Of a stretch of DNA of 64,000 nt, positions 27,123 through 37,543 are shown one piece after another. The stretch is from a virus: positions 27,266 to 91,265 of IMG/VR virus record IMGVR_UViG_3300002307_000002. One strand, 5' to 3'. Positions within the stretch are counted from its first letter, which is position 1, and the number at the start of each line of letters is the position of its first letter. The notes below the pieces were generated by a model that searched no databases, was not told the DNA's origin, and was given only the letters and a program-made list of their open reading frames with translations. Both the position numbers and the translations under genes were made by a program.

Positions 27123-29256
27123 GTGGGAAGACTTCGCAAGCTGGTTGGAAAAGCTACCAGAGGTAGAATTTGACATTGAGACTAATCCATCTGACTGGTG
27201 GTGTGACAAACAGGTTATCACTGTACAGTTTGGCTGGGCCGGGATTGAGTGGGTACTGCAATGGAGTGAGCTTACAGATGAGCAAAAAGCCTTCATCAAA
27301 TCTAAACTGGAAGACAAGAAACTATGCAAACTCATTCACAATGCTCAGTTTGAGTGTGTGGTAATGCTATTCCATGGCATCCGTGTTCAGAATGTGTATG
27401 ATACTATGCTGGCTGAGATGGTTTTACAGGGCGGGGAACATGAAGTCGGTTATGGCCTGGACGATGTATGCTTCCGCTATCTGCTAACCATGTTGGATAA
27501 AAGTCAACAGACAGCTTTTGGCGATAACATCCTCACTTCTGAGAAGGTGATATATGCCGCGCAGGATGTGAAACATCTGGCTAACATACGTACAGCTATT
27601 CGCCAGCAGGCTATTCAGCTGAACTATGACACCTTCGATAAAGTGGTGGAGCTGGAGAATAATTGTGTACCAGCTTTTGCCGAGATGGTGTATCATGGCA
27701 TGGAAATCGACCAGCCGTGGTGGCGTAGTCTTCAAGCTGAGGCAGAACCATTGGTAGCAGCAGCTCAGGAGAAACTCAATGAGTGGCTGAAACAAGAGCC
27801 GTTTTACAGCAAGGCTATCGAGCTGGGGTATATTTCCATTAAAGACAGGCTTCTGTTAAACTGGAACAGTCCTAAGCAGAAAGACCAGGTGTTTGCTGAC
27901 ATCTACCCAGAACTGCCGGGCACGTCCAAGGCTGTACTCAAACGCTGGCAGAGTGATAAGCTCAAGGCTGGATTACCGGTGCCTTCCTGGCTGCCTTATT
28001 ACCTCGATGGAGATACTTCAGAAGTAACTAAAGACCTGATGGAGCATCACCGGGATTACCTGATAACTAATCATCAGCTTATACCTGCAGAGACTCCGTC
28101 CTTGAATTGGGGCAGCACTGACCAGGTATTGCCGCTTGTTAAGCTTGTTGAGCCTCAGGTTAAGGATTTATCGAAAGAAACTAAGGGCAGGTGTGCGCAC
28201 CCTATTGTAGCAGACCTTGATGATTATCTTGATACCCTCAAGCTGATAGGGACTTATGGTGAGGCGTTTCTTACAGGCAATCCAAAGGCTAAAGATAGCA
28301 AGCCTAAGGTAGAGCCAGATGGTAAAGTTCGTACCTCTTTTACCCAGGTAATGACGACAGGACGGGTTTCGAGTAAAAAGCCGAACATGCAAAACATCCC
28401 TGCGAAGGAAACTGTAGGCAATAAATACCGTAACGCTTTCATACCAGAAAAAGGCTGGGTGTTTGTCTCATCAGATTATGTTAGCCAGGAGCTTATCAAT
28501 ATTGCATACCTCTCTAAAGACCCTGTATGGATTGATGCTTTGAGTAAGGGCCAAGACCTGCACAGTGTAGCTGCAGAGCTCGTATACGGTAAGAAATGGC
28601 GGGAAGCTGCTGAGCAAGGTTGTGCTTACTATCAGAAGAACAAGCAAAAATGCTCTTGTAAACGGCACAAGTACCTACGCACTGGGGTAAAATCTATCAA
28701 TTTCGGTTTGGCCTACGGAATGTCCCATTTCAAGCTCGCATCTGAGTTACGTATTACAGTGCCAGAAGCTAAAAAATTGATTGAGGACTACTTCAATGCT
28801 TTCCCAGGGTTGAAAAGTTTGCTGGATTACTTTGGTCGGTTTGGTGTCGAGAAAGGATATATACAGACTATTAAACCTCTATATCGCAGGCGCTGGTTCC
28901 CAAACCACAAGTTTTACACCCGTTTTATTGACGCTCACCTTCAAGGAGCACAGTATCATGGTGGCCTTGGAGAAATTGAACGGGCGTCAAAAAACATGCC
29001 AATACAAGGCACGGCTGCTGACTCGATGAAGGAAGCAGTTATACGGGCCTACAATTACATTCACGATAACCAGCTTCAGGATAAGGTACATATGAAAATG
29101 CAGGTGCATGACCAACTTGATTGTGAGGTTGTAGAGGATTTTGCCCAGGAATGGAAAATCATCCAAACCAAACTTCTTGAGGATGCTGCTCTTGTGTTCA
29201 TACCTACTGGCCTTTTGAAAGCTGAAACAACAATCACTCCCCGGTGGAGCAAGTAA
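27067..29256 (+). CDS. polA: DNA polymerase family A with 3'-5' exonuclease
   Basis: Exo I FDIET, Exo II HNAQFE, Exo III YAAQD; TTGRVSS, motif A DYVSQEL, motif B KSINFGLAYG, motif C QVHDQ. Confidence 0.96.
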   Translation: MIYVIGNPTEWIPEYQPGKWEDFASWLEKLPEVEFDIETNPSDWWCDKQVITVQFGWAGIEWVLQWSELTDEQKAFIKSKLEDKKLCKLIHNAQFECVVMLFHGIRVQNVYDTMLAEMVLQGGEHEVGYGLDDVCFRYLLTMLDKSQQTAFGDNILTSEKVIYAAQDVKHLANIRTAIRQQAIQLNYDTFDKVVELENNCVPAFAEMVYHGMEIDQPWWRSLQAEAEPLVAAAQEKLNEWLKQEPFYSKAIELGYISIKDRLLLNWNSPKQKDQVFADIYPELPGTSKAVLKRWQSDKLKAGLPVPSWLPYYLDGDTSEVTKDLMEHHRDYLITNHQLIPAETPSLNWGSTDQVLPLVKLVEPQVKDLSKETKGRCAHPIVADLDDYLDTLKLIGTYGEAFLTGNPKAKDSKPKVEPDGKVRTSFTQVMTTGRVSSKKPNMQNIPAKETVGNKYRNAFIPEKGWVFVSSDYVSQELINIAYLSKDPVWIDALSKGQDLHSVAAELVYGKKWREAAEQGCAYYQKNKQKCSCKRHKYLRTGVKSINFGLAYGMSHFKLASELRITVPEAKKLIEDYFNAFPGLKSLLDYFGRFGVEKGYIQTIKPLYRRRWFPNHKFYTRFIDAHLQGAQYHGGLGEIERASKNMPIQGTAADSMKEAVIRAYNYIHDNQLQDKVHMKMQVHDQLDCEVVEDFAQEWKIIQTKLLEDAALVFIPTGLLKAETTITPRWSK

Positions 29257-29316
29257 TTATGAAGAACAATTTCAAATCTCTCAATGGCTATGTCACAGCT
29301 TTAGTAAAGATGCAAA

Positions 29317-29772
29317 GTGGTAAAACTCCGCTACAACTTCTACTGGAACAAAAGCTGGTGGAGAGACTTAAAAAGCAATCGTCATCCTATGTTGGTAAAC
29401 CGTAAAACAATTGACCAGGTAGCCCAGACACCATTAATTGTTCATGTACGGGCAGAGCTGGTGTACTTCTCAGCTTCCACAGCTGCAAAGCTGGATATTA
29501 CAGGAGGGGATTACATACACTTCAACAATGATGAGGAACACTGGACATTCTGGGTGAACAATGACCCGGATGGTTTCCTCTGTACCTCTGAGCACAATGG
29601 GTCAGTGAGAGTGTTCTCCAGACCGTTGGCTCAGCTCATACTGAAGTCTGTAAAGAAATCCCCGGTGGCTCAGTTTTATGTGATAGAAACAATGGCCAAG
29701 CTGGATGGAAGTAAGGTATTTGAAATCTTAACAAACAAAACCGTGAAAGAAACGGGAAAGGAGACAGTATGA
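29317..29772 (+). CDS. hypothetical protein
   Basis: ORF between polA and the kinase. Confidence 0.55.
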   Translation: MVKLRYNFYWNKSWWRDLKSNRHPMLVNRKTIDQVAQTPLIVHVRAELVYFSASTAAKLDITGGDYIHFNNDEEHWTFWVNNDPDGFLCTSEHNGSVRVFSRPLAQLILKSVKKSPVAQFYVIETMAKLDGSKVFEILTNKTVKETGKETV

Positions 29773-30632
29773 TATTTTCAATAAGCGGAAGAGCAGGTGC
29801 CGGTAAAGATACAGTAGGCAAGCTCATACAGTGGTATTTCTATAAAGAACGTGCTAAACAGATTCCTACTTTATTAAAAAATCAAGAAGTTTTATTGTCT
29901 TTGGATAGCTGGTTAAGTTTAGGTATAGCGGAAGTACAAACTTCTCAATCAGGCTGGAAGATTGTAAAATGGGCCACAGCACTACGTCAGGTAGCAGCTA
30001 TTCTGCTTGGTATGCCTGAAGAGTTTCTGTACACGGATGAGTTCAAACAAATGGTGTTGCCTGACTGTTGGTCAACAACTTCAGGTAAAGATGGTATTCA
30101 TACACTATCTGTTGGTATGACTGGCCGTGAATTCCTTCAAAAGCTGGGTACAGATGCAATCAGGAGTGGCCTCCATCCACAGACGTGGGTGAATGCTTTG
30201 ATGAGCAAGTATAAAACTGTAAGAGGCTGTGGTCAGCGTTGTGCAAGAAGCGAAGAAAACAATTGCTCAGAGGAATGTATATCAGCTGATTGGTGCTACA
30301 ATGCTGTTTATCCAAGCTGGATTATTACCGACACCCGTTTTCCAAATGAGCTTGAAGCTGTTAAACAGGTAGGCGCTGTAAGCATTCGGGTTAATCGGCC
30401 AGCGGTGCATTACCAAAATCATGCAGGCATACTAACACCTTTACACCCTTCTGAGACAGCTTTAGATGATGCAGAATTCGACTTCACGATAGATAATACT
30501 GGCTCGATAGACCAGCTTGCAGAGCAGGTGAAGGCCATTGTTCAATCCACACTTAAATCTAACGAAAATGCAAACAGCAGAATTAACTCCGAAGACAACG
30601 ACACCGAGGCTCCAAGCCGTACAGAAGAATGA
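29769..30632 (+). CDS. deoxynucleoside monophosphate kinase
   Basis: ISGRAGAGKDT P-loop, REFLQKLGT, IITDTRFPNE and HPSETALD motifs. Confidence 0.9.
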   Translation: MIFSISGRAGAGKDTVGKLIQWYFYKERAKQIPTLLKNQEVLLSLDSWLSLGIAEVQTSQSGWKIVKWATALRQVAAILLGMPEEFLYTDEFKQMVLPDCWSTTSGKDGIHTLSVGMTGREFLQKLGTDAIRSGLHPQTWVNALMSKYKTVRGCGQRCARSEENNCSEECISADWCYNAVYPSWIITDTRFPNELEAVKQVGAVSIRVNRPAVHYQNHAGILTPLHPSETALDDAEFDFTIDNTGSIDQLAEQVKAIVQSTLKSNENANSRINSEDNDTEAPSRTEE

Positions 30633-31017
30633 CCCTGAATGCCGCTGCTGTGGCCGGGGACGTGAAATCATCTGCCCTACCTGTGCCCAGCTTATGGAAG
30701 ATGGGTACGCCTTTCTTATTGAAGTCAAAGAAGGTGGTACGGCAGAACGTAAAAGCCCCACTGGGTTTGTGATAGCAGTGCATACCGACAATCTGTATGA
30801 GAACAAAGATGCAGATTATCCTATGCAGCCACACATCATTTATTTCATCCAGGTCAGTGACCTTAAAAACTTTATGCGTGGAAGATATTTTGAATTTAAC
30901 AAAACCGCCAGTCACATCCCTACCAGATTTATTGGCCAGCCCTACAGACGTCCAGCTCACGCCCCATCAGCAAGAAAGCCTGAACACGCTGCTTTGCTTC
31001 CTCACGGGGAAAGTTAA
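30568..31017 (+). CDS. hypothetical Zn-binding protein
   Basis: CRCCG...CPTC motifs. Confidence 0.5.
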   Translation: MQTAELTPKTTTPRLQAVQKNDPECRCCGRGREIICPTCAQLMEDGYAFLIEVKEGGTAERKSPTGFVIAVHTDNLYENKDADYPMQPHIIYFIQVSDLKNFMRGRYFEFNKTASHIPTRFIGQPYRRPAHAPSARKPEHAALLPHGES

Positions 31018-31396
31018 AGCACCATTTGCCGTGCTTAGAGGGTTTGCTGGTGTTGGTAAAAGCACCGTAACCAATAAGCTGGTGAATGAACTGAAGAAGA
31101 TAGATGGTGGGCGCATAGGAGTGTGCGCCCCCACTCACAAAGCTATCAAAGTGCTCCGTAAAAATGCCATTCCTGGGATAGACTACAGAACAGTGCATAG
31201 CATGCTGGCTCTTAAGGAGTCAGTAGACCACCGCACTGGTAAGAAGTCTTATGTACCTGACCCACGGAAGCTGGCAGAGGAGCCAGTGTCTGATCTCAGC
31301 TATCTGTTTGTGGATGAGACGAGCATGCTTAACAAGGCCCTGTTCGATTACCTGGTGCCATGGATTAAGCAAGGCTTGAAAGTGGTGTTCATCGGT
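30878..31396 (+). CDS. Dda/RecD-like SF1B helicase, exon 1
   Basis: GFAGVGKS, APTHKA, TVHSML and VDETSM motifs; ends VVFIG at the intron. Confidence 0.88.
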
Positions 31397-31676
31397 GAAT
31401 AGATTGCCGATATAAAATCCCTTTAATTGCTGGAAAATCTTGAAGGCATATCAACTACAACGTAAGCTGAAAAGCTAAGCGTGAATGTTAAAAAATGATA
31501 TGTTATAAGACAATCAGCAGCCAAGTCCCTTTTAACTGGGAAAGGTTCAACGACTATCTCGAAAGAGAGTACATAAGCTCTATATTATAGGCTTTTGGAA
31601 ATGGGGGAATTTGAGAGAAGTAGTCTTTCAAATAAGATATAGTCTGGTCTTACTGGTGACAGTAAGTTAACAAACG
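31397..31676 (+). mobile_element. group I intron (280 nt, no ORF) in the helicase gene
   Basis: P1 ATCGGT/GCCGAT with U:G; core AATTGCTGGAAA, AATCAGCAG, GTTCAACGACTA and AAGATATAGTCT; terminal G. Splicing restores IG|DPAQ (helicase motif III). Confidence 0.93.
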
Positions 31677-32585
31677 GATCCAGCCCAAATAAACCCAGTG
31701 GGAGAGAAGGACTCCATCCCATTCCTTCATGCCTCAGCTTGGGGAGCAGTGATAACTGAGCTCACACAGGCAATGCGACAGAAGGATAGCAATCCAATCC
31801 TGGAATTTGCTACAGCTATCAGGAATGATTACAAGAGTGGCTCATTCACTCCTGTTAATCATCAGCTTTCCACTGGTGAGGGTATAGCACTGATTGATCA
31901 TGCCAGCGAAGAAGAACACAGGCTGCTAACAGAGTATTTTGGTAGCGAGGCATTTGCCGCTGACCCAGATTACATGAAAGTGGTAGCCTGGCGAAATGCT
32001 ACGGTGGACACTTACAACGGCATCATCAGGCGTATCATCTACAAAGATGCTCACTTGTGTGACATTATGAATGATGAAAGGCTGGTGATGGATGCTCCTT
32101 TCAGCATGAACGGCAAGGCTATCCTGAATAACAACGAAGAAATTGTTGTTCTCAGCTCACGTACCGGCACCAAAGGAGTGCAATGGCTGGATAACACTGG
32201 CCCCCGGTTGGCAAGCTTTAAAGTGTACTATGCCATTGTTCAGTGGGAAGCAGAAGGCCGGACAAAAACTGCCACCCTGCCAATCATCCATGAGGAGAGT
32301 AAGACAGACCTGTCCAATACCTTATCCAGCTTGAGGGATATTGCCCTTAAAGCAGATGCCGCTTTCCGTGGTAAAGCATGGAAGCAATTCTTTGAGGTAC
32401 AGGATGCTTTTGCCTGGGTGAAGTACAACTATGCTATTACGGGCCATTCTTCACAGGGCTCAACATACGACAACTGTTTAGTTCTCAAGTGGGATATTGA
32501 CTACAATAAGAACATTGAAGAACGAAACAGGATACTGTATACAGCCTGTACCCGTGCAAAACACACATTATTCATTGAAGCTTAA
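31677..32585 (+). CDS. Dda/RecD-like SF1B helicase, exon 2
   Basis: DPAQINPV, LTQAMRQ, YAITGHSSQGSTY and YTACTRA motifs. Confidence 0.9.
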   Translation, partial: DPAQINPVGEKDSIPFLHASAWGAVITELTQAMRQKDSNPILEFATAIRNDYKSGSFTPVNHQLSTGEGIALIDHASEEEHRLLTEYFGSEAFAADPDYMKVVAWRNATVDTYNGIIRRIIYKDAHLCDIMNDERLVMDAPFSMNGKAILNNNEEIVVLSSRTGTKGVQWLDNTGPRLASFKVYYAIVQWEAEGRTKTATLPIIHEESKTDLSNTLSSLRDIALKADAAFRGKAWKQFFEVQDAFAWVKYNYAITGHSSQGSTYDNCLVLKWDIDYNKNIEERNRILYTACTRAKHTLFIEA

Positions 32586-32589
32586 AGCT

Positions 32590-33276
32590 ATGGCAGCAAC
32601 AACAGACAAAGTATTCATATCCTCCGTGAAGGAGGTAGGAACTTTCTACAATGACTTCTCACAAGACACTATCAAGAAAGAGCCCATGTTTTTCAACGCC
32701 AGTGTTGCCTATGCCAAGGAACACGGGGGCGTTGTCACACGCTGCTTTTTAGATGCTCTTCCCGACGGATGGGACACGGCAGTGTTTGACAGCCGGGTAC
32801 ACATGCTGATGCCTGGATGGTACCCAGCCATACCAGGCTGGCACCACGACGACGTACCACGGCCAGCCATCCCACCGGGACAACATTTCATCACGGCTGG
32901 GCAGCCTGATTACGATAATCCACGTTACGAGTCTGAGCATATCCTCGGACTGGTGAATGGAGACATCTGCCCTACAAAGTTTGCCCTTGGCCAATGTATC
33001 ATGCCAGCTATTCCTGAGGGAGAGCTTATCTACCGTAAATGGCATTCTGAGGTAAACAGGTTGATAGCTGAAGGACAGCTTGAGGAATACTCATCTCCAA
33101 GCGGTAAGCTGCTATACTTTGACTGGCAAGCATTCCACAGTGGTGTGAAAGCTACCGGCAATGGCTGGAGATGGTTCGGTAGGCTGTCCCGTAACACTGA
33201 CAGGCAGAACCAGATTACCAACGAAATTAGGAGTCAGGTACAGGTGTACCTCGAGTTTCCTATGGAGGGCTGGTGA
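32590..33276 (+). CDS. 2OG-Fe(II) oxygenase-like protein
   Basis: PGWHHDD (HxD), distal FH and WFGR; pattern of a double-stranded beta-helix fold. Confidence 0.6.
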   Translation: MAATTDKVFISSVKEVGTFYNDFSQDTIKKEPMFFNASVAYAKEHGGVVTRCFLDALPDGWDTAVFDSRVHMLMPGWYPAIPGWHHDDVPRPAIPPGQHFITAGQPDYDNPRYESEHILGLVNGDICPTKFALGQCIMPAIPEGELIYRKWHSEVNRLIAEGQLEEYSSPSGKLLYFDWQAFHSGVKATGNGWRWFGRLSRNTDRQNQITNEIRSQVQVYLEFPMEGW

Positions 33277-34526
33277 TGAAACCAGTAAATCAAGTTAAAG
33301 ATGAAATCCAGCGGCAGGCTCACGCAGTGTGGGTAGCTGCTGGAAGAGTTGGAACTGTGGTTGCAGGTACGGGGTTTGGGAAAAGCAGGTTAGCTGTGAT
33401 GGAGATAAAAAGACTCTATGAGGATGTAGGAGAACTCAGACACATGAACTTACATGATGAAAGCGCTGTATTACTTGTAACTCCTACTGAAAAGCTAAGA
33501 GACGAAAACTGGCCCAAAGAATTTACAGATTGGGGAGAAGAACATCTATTGGGTTTTGTAAAATCTATCTGTTTTGCTTCACTCAAAAAAGAACTCGGCA
33601 GCAATCATCACTACAAGTTGGTGATACTTGATGAAATACACCGGCTTACTGAACTTTCTGCTCAAGCCTTCAAGGAAACAGGAAACAATCCTCTTACCAG
33701 CTTACTGGCATCTAACCTTGCTGATGCTGTGATGGGCCTTACTGCTACTGTCCCAGACCCTAAACGTGACCCAGACAAAGCCGCTATCATCAATCAGATT
33801 GCACCTGTGGTATTTCGCTACACGTTAGACCAGGGTGTGAATGACGGAATGATACGCGACTATGAAATCCGGGTGATACAGACAATCCTGGATGACAGGA
33901 AGAAGTGCATACCTGGGGGCACCAAGGATAAACCTTTCCTTACCACTGAGGCTAAGCACTATGAATATCTGGAGAAGCAGATAAAGAAATGGCGCATGTT
34001 GGCTAATAAGGAGCCCGTACCGGCGAAGAAAGCCAAGCTTGACAATCTGGCTATGTATGCTACAATGGCCCGTAACCGGTTTCTATATAACTGTGAAACT
34101 AAAACAGATTTAGCTGCAAGATGTATCAGACAGATACAGGCTGGCAAGCGAACGTTAGTGTTTTGCGGGAGTATAGAGCAGGCTAACAAGCTATTGGGGG
34201 AGAAAGTATACCACAGCAAATCCAGCAATGAAGCTTATACAGCTTTTAACCAGAAAGCAATTGACATTCTTGGAGTGGTTAACGCTGCAAATGAAGGGGT
34301 CAACTTTACCGACCTTGACCAGAGCCTTGTGATACAAGTCGATAGCAATGAACGTAACCTCGTGCAACGCACGGGCCGAAACTTACGACTTGGTCTGAGT
34401 GGTAAGGCTATCATCTACATCCTGGTTGTGCAAAACACAGCCGATGAAAGATGGCTGGAAAAGAGTCTGGTAGGGTTTGACCCTGAAAAGGTAAAGTATT
34501 ACTCAGCTAAAAGCGTACCGTTATGA
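33273..34526 (+). CDS. SF2 (DExH) helicase
   Basis: GTGFGKS, ILDEIH, GLTAT, EGVNF and QRTGRNLR motifs. Confidence 0.9.
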   Translation: MMKPVNQVKDEIQRQAHAVWVAAGRVGTVVAGTGFGKSRLAVMEIKRLYEDVGELRHMNLHDESAVLLVTPTEKLRDENWPKEFTDWGEEHLLGFVKSICFASLKKELGSNHHYKLVILDEIHRLTELSAQAFKETGNNPLTSLLASNLADAVMGLTATVPDPKRDPDKAAIINQIAPVVFRYTLDQGVNDGMIRDYEIRVIQTILDDRKKCIPGGTKDKPFLTTEAKHYEYLEKQIKKWRMLANKEPVPAKKAKLDNLAMYATMARNRFLYNCETKTDLAARCIRQIQAGKRTLVFCGSIEQANKLLGEKVYHSKSSNEAYTAFNQKAIDILGVVNAANEGVNFTDLDQSLVIQVDSNERNLVQRTGRNLRLGLSGKAIIYILVVQNTADERWLEKSLVGFDPEKVKYYSAKSVPL

Positions 34527-34819
34527 CAATTACCTCAAGAGCTCCTAAAACCGGTATTGATTGGTCTTTTGATTTTCCTACAAAACAATTTATAGTTTTC
34601 AACTTGTTAAGACCTGATAGGGAGGAATTTGTAACTCTTGTACGTAAATACTTTGATATTGAAATACCTAAGATTCAAAATGTCTGGTTTGCTAAAAACT
34701 CTGAGTATACTAACTACATGATGGGGTATAGAGGTATGACAATACTTACTAAAGAACAAGCTTTGTTATTACCACAAATAGGCCCTGTACCAATTATTGA
34801 AGCTTACAAAAGCACCTAA
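34523..34819 (+). CDS. hypothetical protein
   Basis: 98 aa ORF with ATGA overlap; AT-rich. Confidence 0.5.
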   Translation: MTITSRAPKTGIDWSFDFPTKQFIVFNLLRPDREEFVTLVRKYFDIEIPKIQNVWFAKNSEYTNYMMGYRGMTILTKEQALLLPQIGPVPIIEAYKST

Positions 34820-34912
34820 ACCGTATAATTATGAGTACTAAGATTGGCAATACCACATACCTACGTAACCCTGAATTCTATGGAACAGGAATGTTTAATA
34901 CTGTAATATCCA

Positions 34913-35449
34913 ATGAACAACCTACAACAAACAGTCCAGTACCTGATGGACAACCAGTACATGGTGTGCATCAAGGGCAAGTACAAGGTGACAGCCAAAT
35001 TCATGAAGGAAATGACAGGGCTGGAGACAGGAGTACTGATGCTTCCGAGCGGCCCGATAGTTGCGGAACGCCCACTTCCAGCAATAACTCCAACTACTGA
35101 TTGGGTAGGATTGTACACCAAATTCATACTTGAAGCTCAGGTTCCATCCAGAGGTACGGGCAAAGATGGTGGGTATGACCTAAACAAGTATAGCGAGCAG
35201 GCTATGAAGTGTTTCAGGCGAATGGTAGAAAAGGAAGGTGTGAAGTATCCTATACTGGTAAAGAGTACCATGCTCTATTACAAAACCAGGAAAACTTACC
35301 CTGTAACTATCACGAAATACATCACTGATGGTGCCTGGCGGAGTGACTACCAAGCCCTTCTATCCTCAGCCGAAGATAACACCATTCAAGAACACATTCA
35401 ACAGGAAATCGATGCAACAACAGAGTTCAACAGGTTCAAACTGGGCTAA
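34913..35449 (+). CDS. hypothetical protein upstream of DnaB
   Basis: 178 aa ORF. Confidence 0.6.
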   Translation: MNNLQQTVQYLMDNQYMVCIKGKYKVTAKFMKEMTGLETGVLMLPSGPIVAERPLPAITPTTDWVGLYTKFILEAQVPSRGTGKDGGYDLNKYSEQAMKCFRRMVEKEGVKYPILVKSTMLYYKTRKTYPVTITKYITDGAWRSDYQALLSSAEDNTIQEHIQQEIDATTEFNRFKLG

Positions 35450-35611
35450 ATTAAGATGGCTGTACAGGGTTCCTATACTATCGATTCAGATACCTGTGTT
35501 CTGTATCTTTTTTATCCTTTTTGCATTAGTATGGATAATAACACTTGATGATGGATATTGGGAAATGTTTTTTGAGTGGGTAGAACAGGCTTACACTAAT
35601 TTAAAGAAACT

Positions 35612-36772
35612 ATGACACAACCAAAGCTCATCTGGGAAATTCCAGAGGAGGAGGTGCAGTGGTCAGACTTCGAGAAGCAGTGGGAGGACAGGAAGGATGA
35701 TAGTTTCGTACAGCTCATCAACCGGGGTAAAGCTGGGCAGAACATAGGGATGAGCAATGGCCTTAATACCATCAACAAGTACATCAACGGAACTCACAAA
35801 GGCCGGTACATCTTGATTGGCGCCGACTCTGGTTGTTTCAAAACCACCCTTGTTGACTTCATGTATCTGTATGCCATCTGGAAAGATTGCAAATCGAAAG
35901 GCATAAAGCTGTATGTGAAGTACTTCAGTTTTGAGCTTTCCCTGGCAGAGAAGAAGGTGAAGTGGGCCTCTCAGTGGATTAAGGCCATGTACAAGATTGA
36001 TTTGAGGGCTGATTACATTGCTGGCCGCTCTGGTACTCTATCTGAGGAACACTTCAAGCTGGTACAAAGAGCCTATGCTGTGATTGAGGAAATGATGCTT
36101 GACGTAGATGTTATAGACCACATGCTTCACCCTACTGGTATGCTGAATCGGTTGATAGAGGAGCATTATGAAAAGGTCGGTAAAGTGATACGTGCTCCAT
36201 CAAAGTTAGACAAGCATGGGAAGCCCCGGCCTGGCATGATACTCCGTTATGAGCCTAAAGACCCTCAGGCACTCACTCTCTGCATTGTTGACCACGTATC
36301 CCTTATCAATGTGGAAGCAGGAGCAACTACAAGCAAACAGATAATTGACAGATGGTCAATGTATTGTGTACAGCTTAGGAACATCTTTCAAACCACTATC
36401 ATTAACATTCAGCAGTTCTCAACAGACCTGATGAGTGCTTATCGGGAGCAAAAGAAGAACGAGACAGCTATTGCTCCTCAACGATTGGACTTTTCAGAAT
36501 CAAAGTTCACTTTCCGGGATGCAGACACTGTATTTGGTTTGGTTAAACCTATCCAGTTCAATCTAAGAACATATCACGGGTATAACATGGAGGAAATCGG
36601 GCAATACTTTGTTGCTCTGCACCTGATGAAAAACCGGTATGGTCCAGCTGACAGGGTAATGCCCTTGTTTGTTAACCCCATTGCTGGTTTGTTCTGGGAT
36701 TTACCTACAAACCCACTTGACCCGGCTATGAAATTTTTCATTGACGAAGCTAAACGCTTAGACACATTATGA
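35612..36772 (+). CDS. dnaB: DnaB-like replicative helicase
   Basis: GADSGCFKTT, YFSFEL, IVDHV, IQQF, DADTV and KNRYG motifs. Confidence 0.87.
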   Translation: MTQPKLIWEIPEEEVQWSDFEKQWEDRKDDSFVQLINRGKAGQNIGMSNGLNTINKYINGTHKGRYILIGADSGCFKTTLVDFMYLYAIWKDCKSKGIKLYVKYFSFELSLAEKKVKWASQWIKAMYKIDLRADYIAGRSGTLSEEHFKLVQRAYAVIEEMMLDVDVIDHMLHPTGMLNRLIEEHYEKVGKVIRAPSKLDKHGKPRPGMILRYEPKDPQALTLCIVDHVSLINVEAGATTSKQIIDRWSMYCVQLRNIFQTTIINIQQFSTDLMSAYREQKKNETAIAPQRLDFSESKFTFRDADTVFGLVKPIQFNLRTYHGYNMEEIGQYFVALHLMKNRYGPADRVMPLFVNPIAGLFWDLPTNPLDPAMKFFIDEAKRLDTL

Positions 36773-37542
36773 GTATACTACCTACACGGGCAAATCCCGT
36801 CAAAGCCTCAAGGATTGGGCCGAAAATCCTCATTCTATACAGCTTACCCAAAGTCGGTAAAACAGAGCAGCTTACAGTGCTGGCAAATAAAGCAGATTGC
36901 CTGATTGTAGATGCTGAGCTGCCACATGGCACTGACACCTATGAAACCACAGCTATTAAAGTGGATAACATGGCTCAGGTTAAATATGTGCCCACTTTGA
37001 TTACTCAAGCTGGTGAGAAGCTGAAGGGTAAACAAGGACTGGAGCAGTTCCCTTACACTTTCCTGGCTATTGACACCCTTGATGCTGTGGAGGATATGGC
37101 TGAAATATCAGCGACAGAGGTGTACAAAAATTCCACCATCGGCAAAACATTCAAAGGTAAATCTGTGTTGGAACTTCCTCAGGGTGGCGGATATTACTAC
37201 TTGCGGCAGGAAGTGCAGGAAGTGATTGATGCTTATGCAGCCGTATGCCCGTATCTTATCCTTATTGTCCATGTGAAGGATAAAATCATTGCTGACAAGA
37301 AGGGCATGGAGGTGAAAGTAAACGATATTTCCCTAACTGGTAAACTTTCTTCCATTGTATGTGCCAAAGCTGATGCCATTGGGTACATGTACCGCACAGC
37401 TAAAGGCGAATTACGGGTGTCGTTTGAGACTTATGATGGTGCTGTAATGGGTGCCCGACAAAAGTATTTGGCTGGTAAAGACATGCCATTCGATTGGGCT
37501 ACCATTTATCCAGAAGTATTCCCTTCACTTACAACAGAATAA
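36769..37542 (+). CDS. AAA ATPase (Sak4-like)
   Basis: YSLPKVGKT, AIDTL, LPQGGGY and ADAIGY motifs. Confidence 0.8.
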   Translation: MSILPTRANPVKASRIGPKILILYSLPKVGKTEQLTVLANKADCLIVDAELPHGTDTYETTAIKVDNMAQVKYVPTLITQAGEKLKGKQGLEQFPYTFLAIDTLDAVEDMAEISATEVYKNSTIGKTFKGKSVLELPQGGGYYYLRQEVQEVIDAYAAVCPYLILIVHVKDKIIADKKGMEVKVNDISLTGKLSSIVCAKADAIGYMYRTAKGELRVSFETYDGAVMGARQKYLAGKDMPFDWATIYPEVFPSLTTE

Positions 37543-37543
37543 C

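Noticed and set aside
30797-32585. Helicase (and similarly rIIB) as split pseudogenes
   Set aside because: The interruptions are group I introns whose removal restores the frame and conserved motifs.
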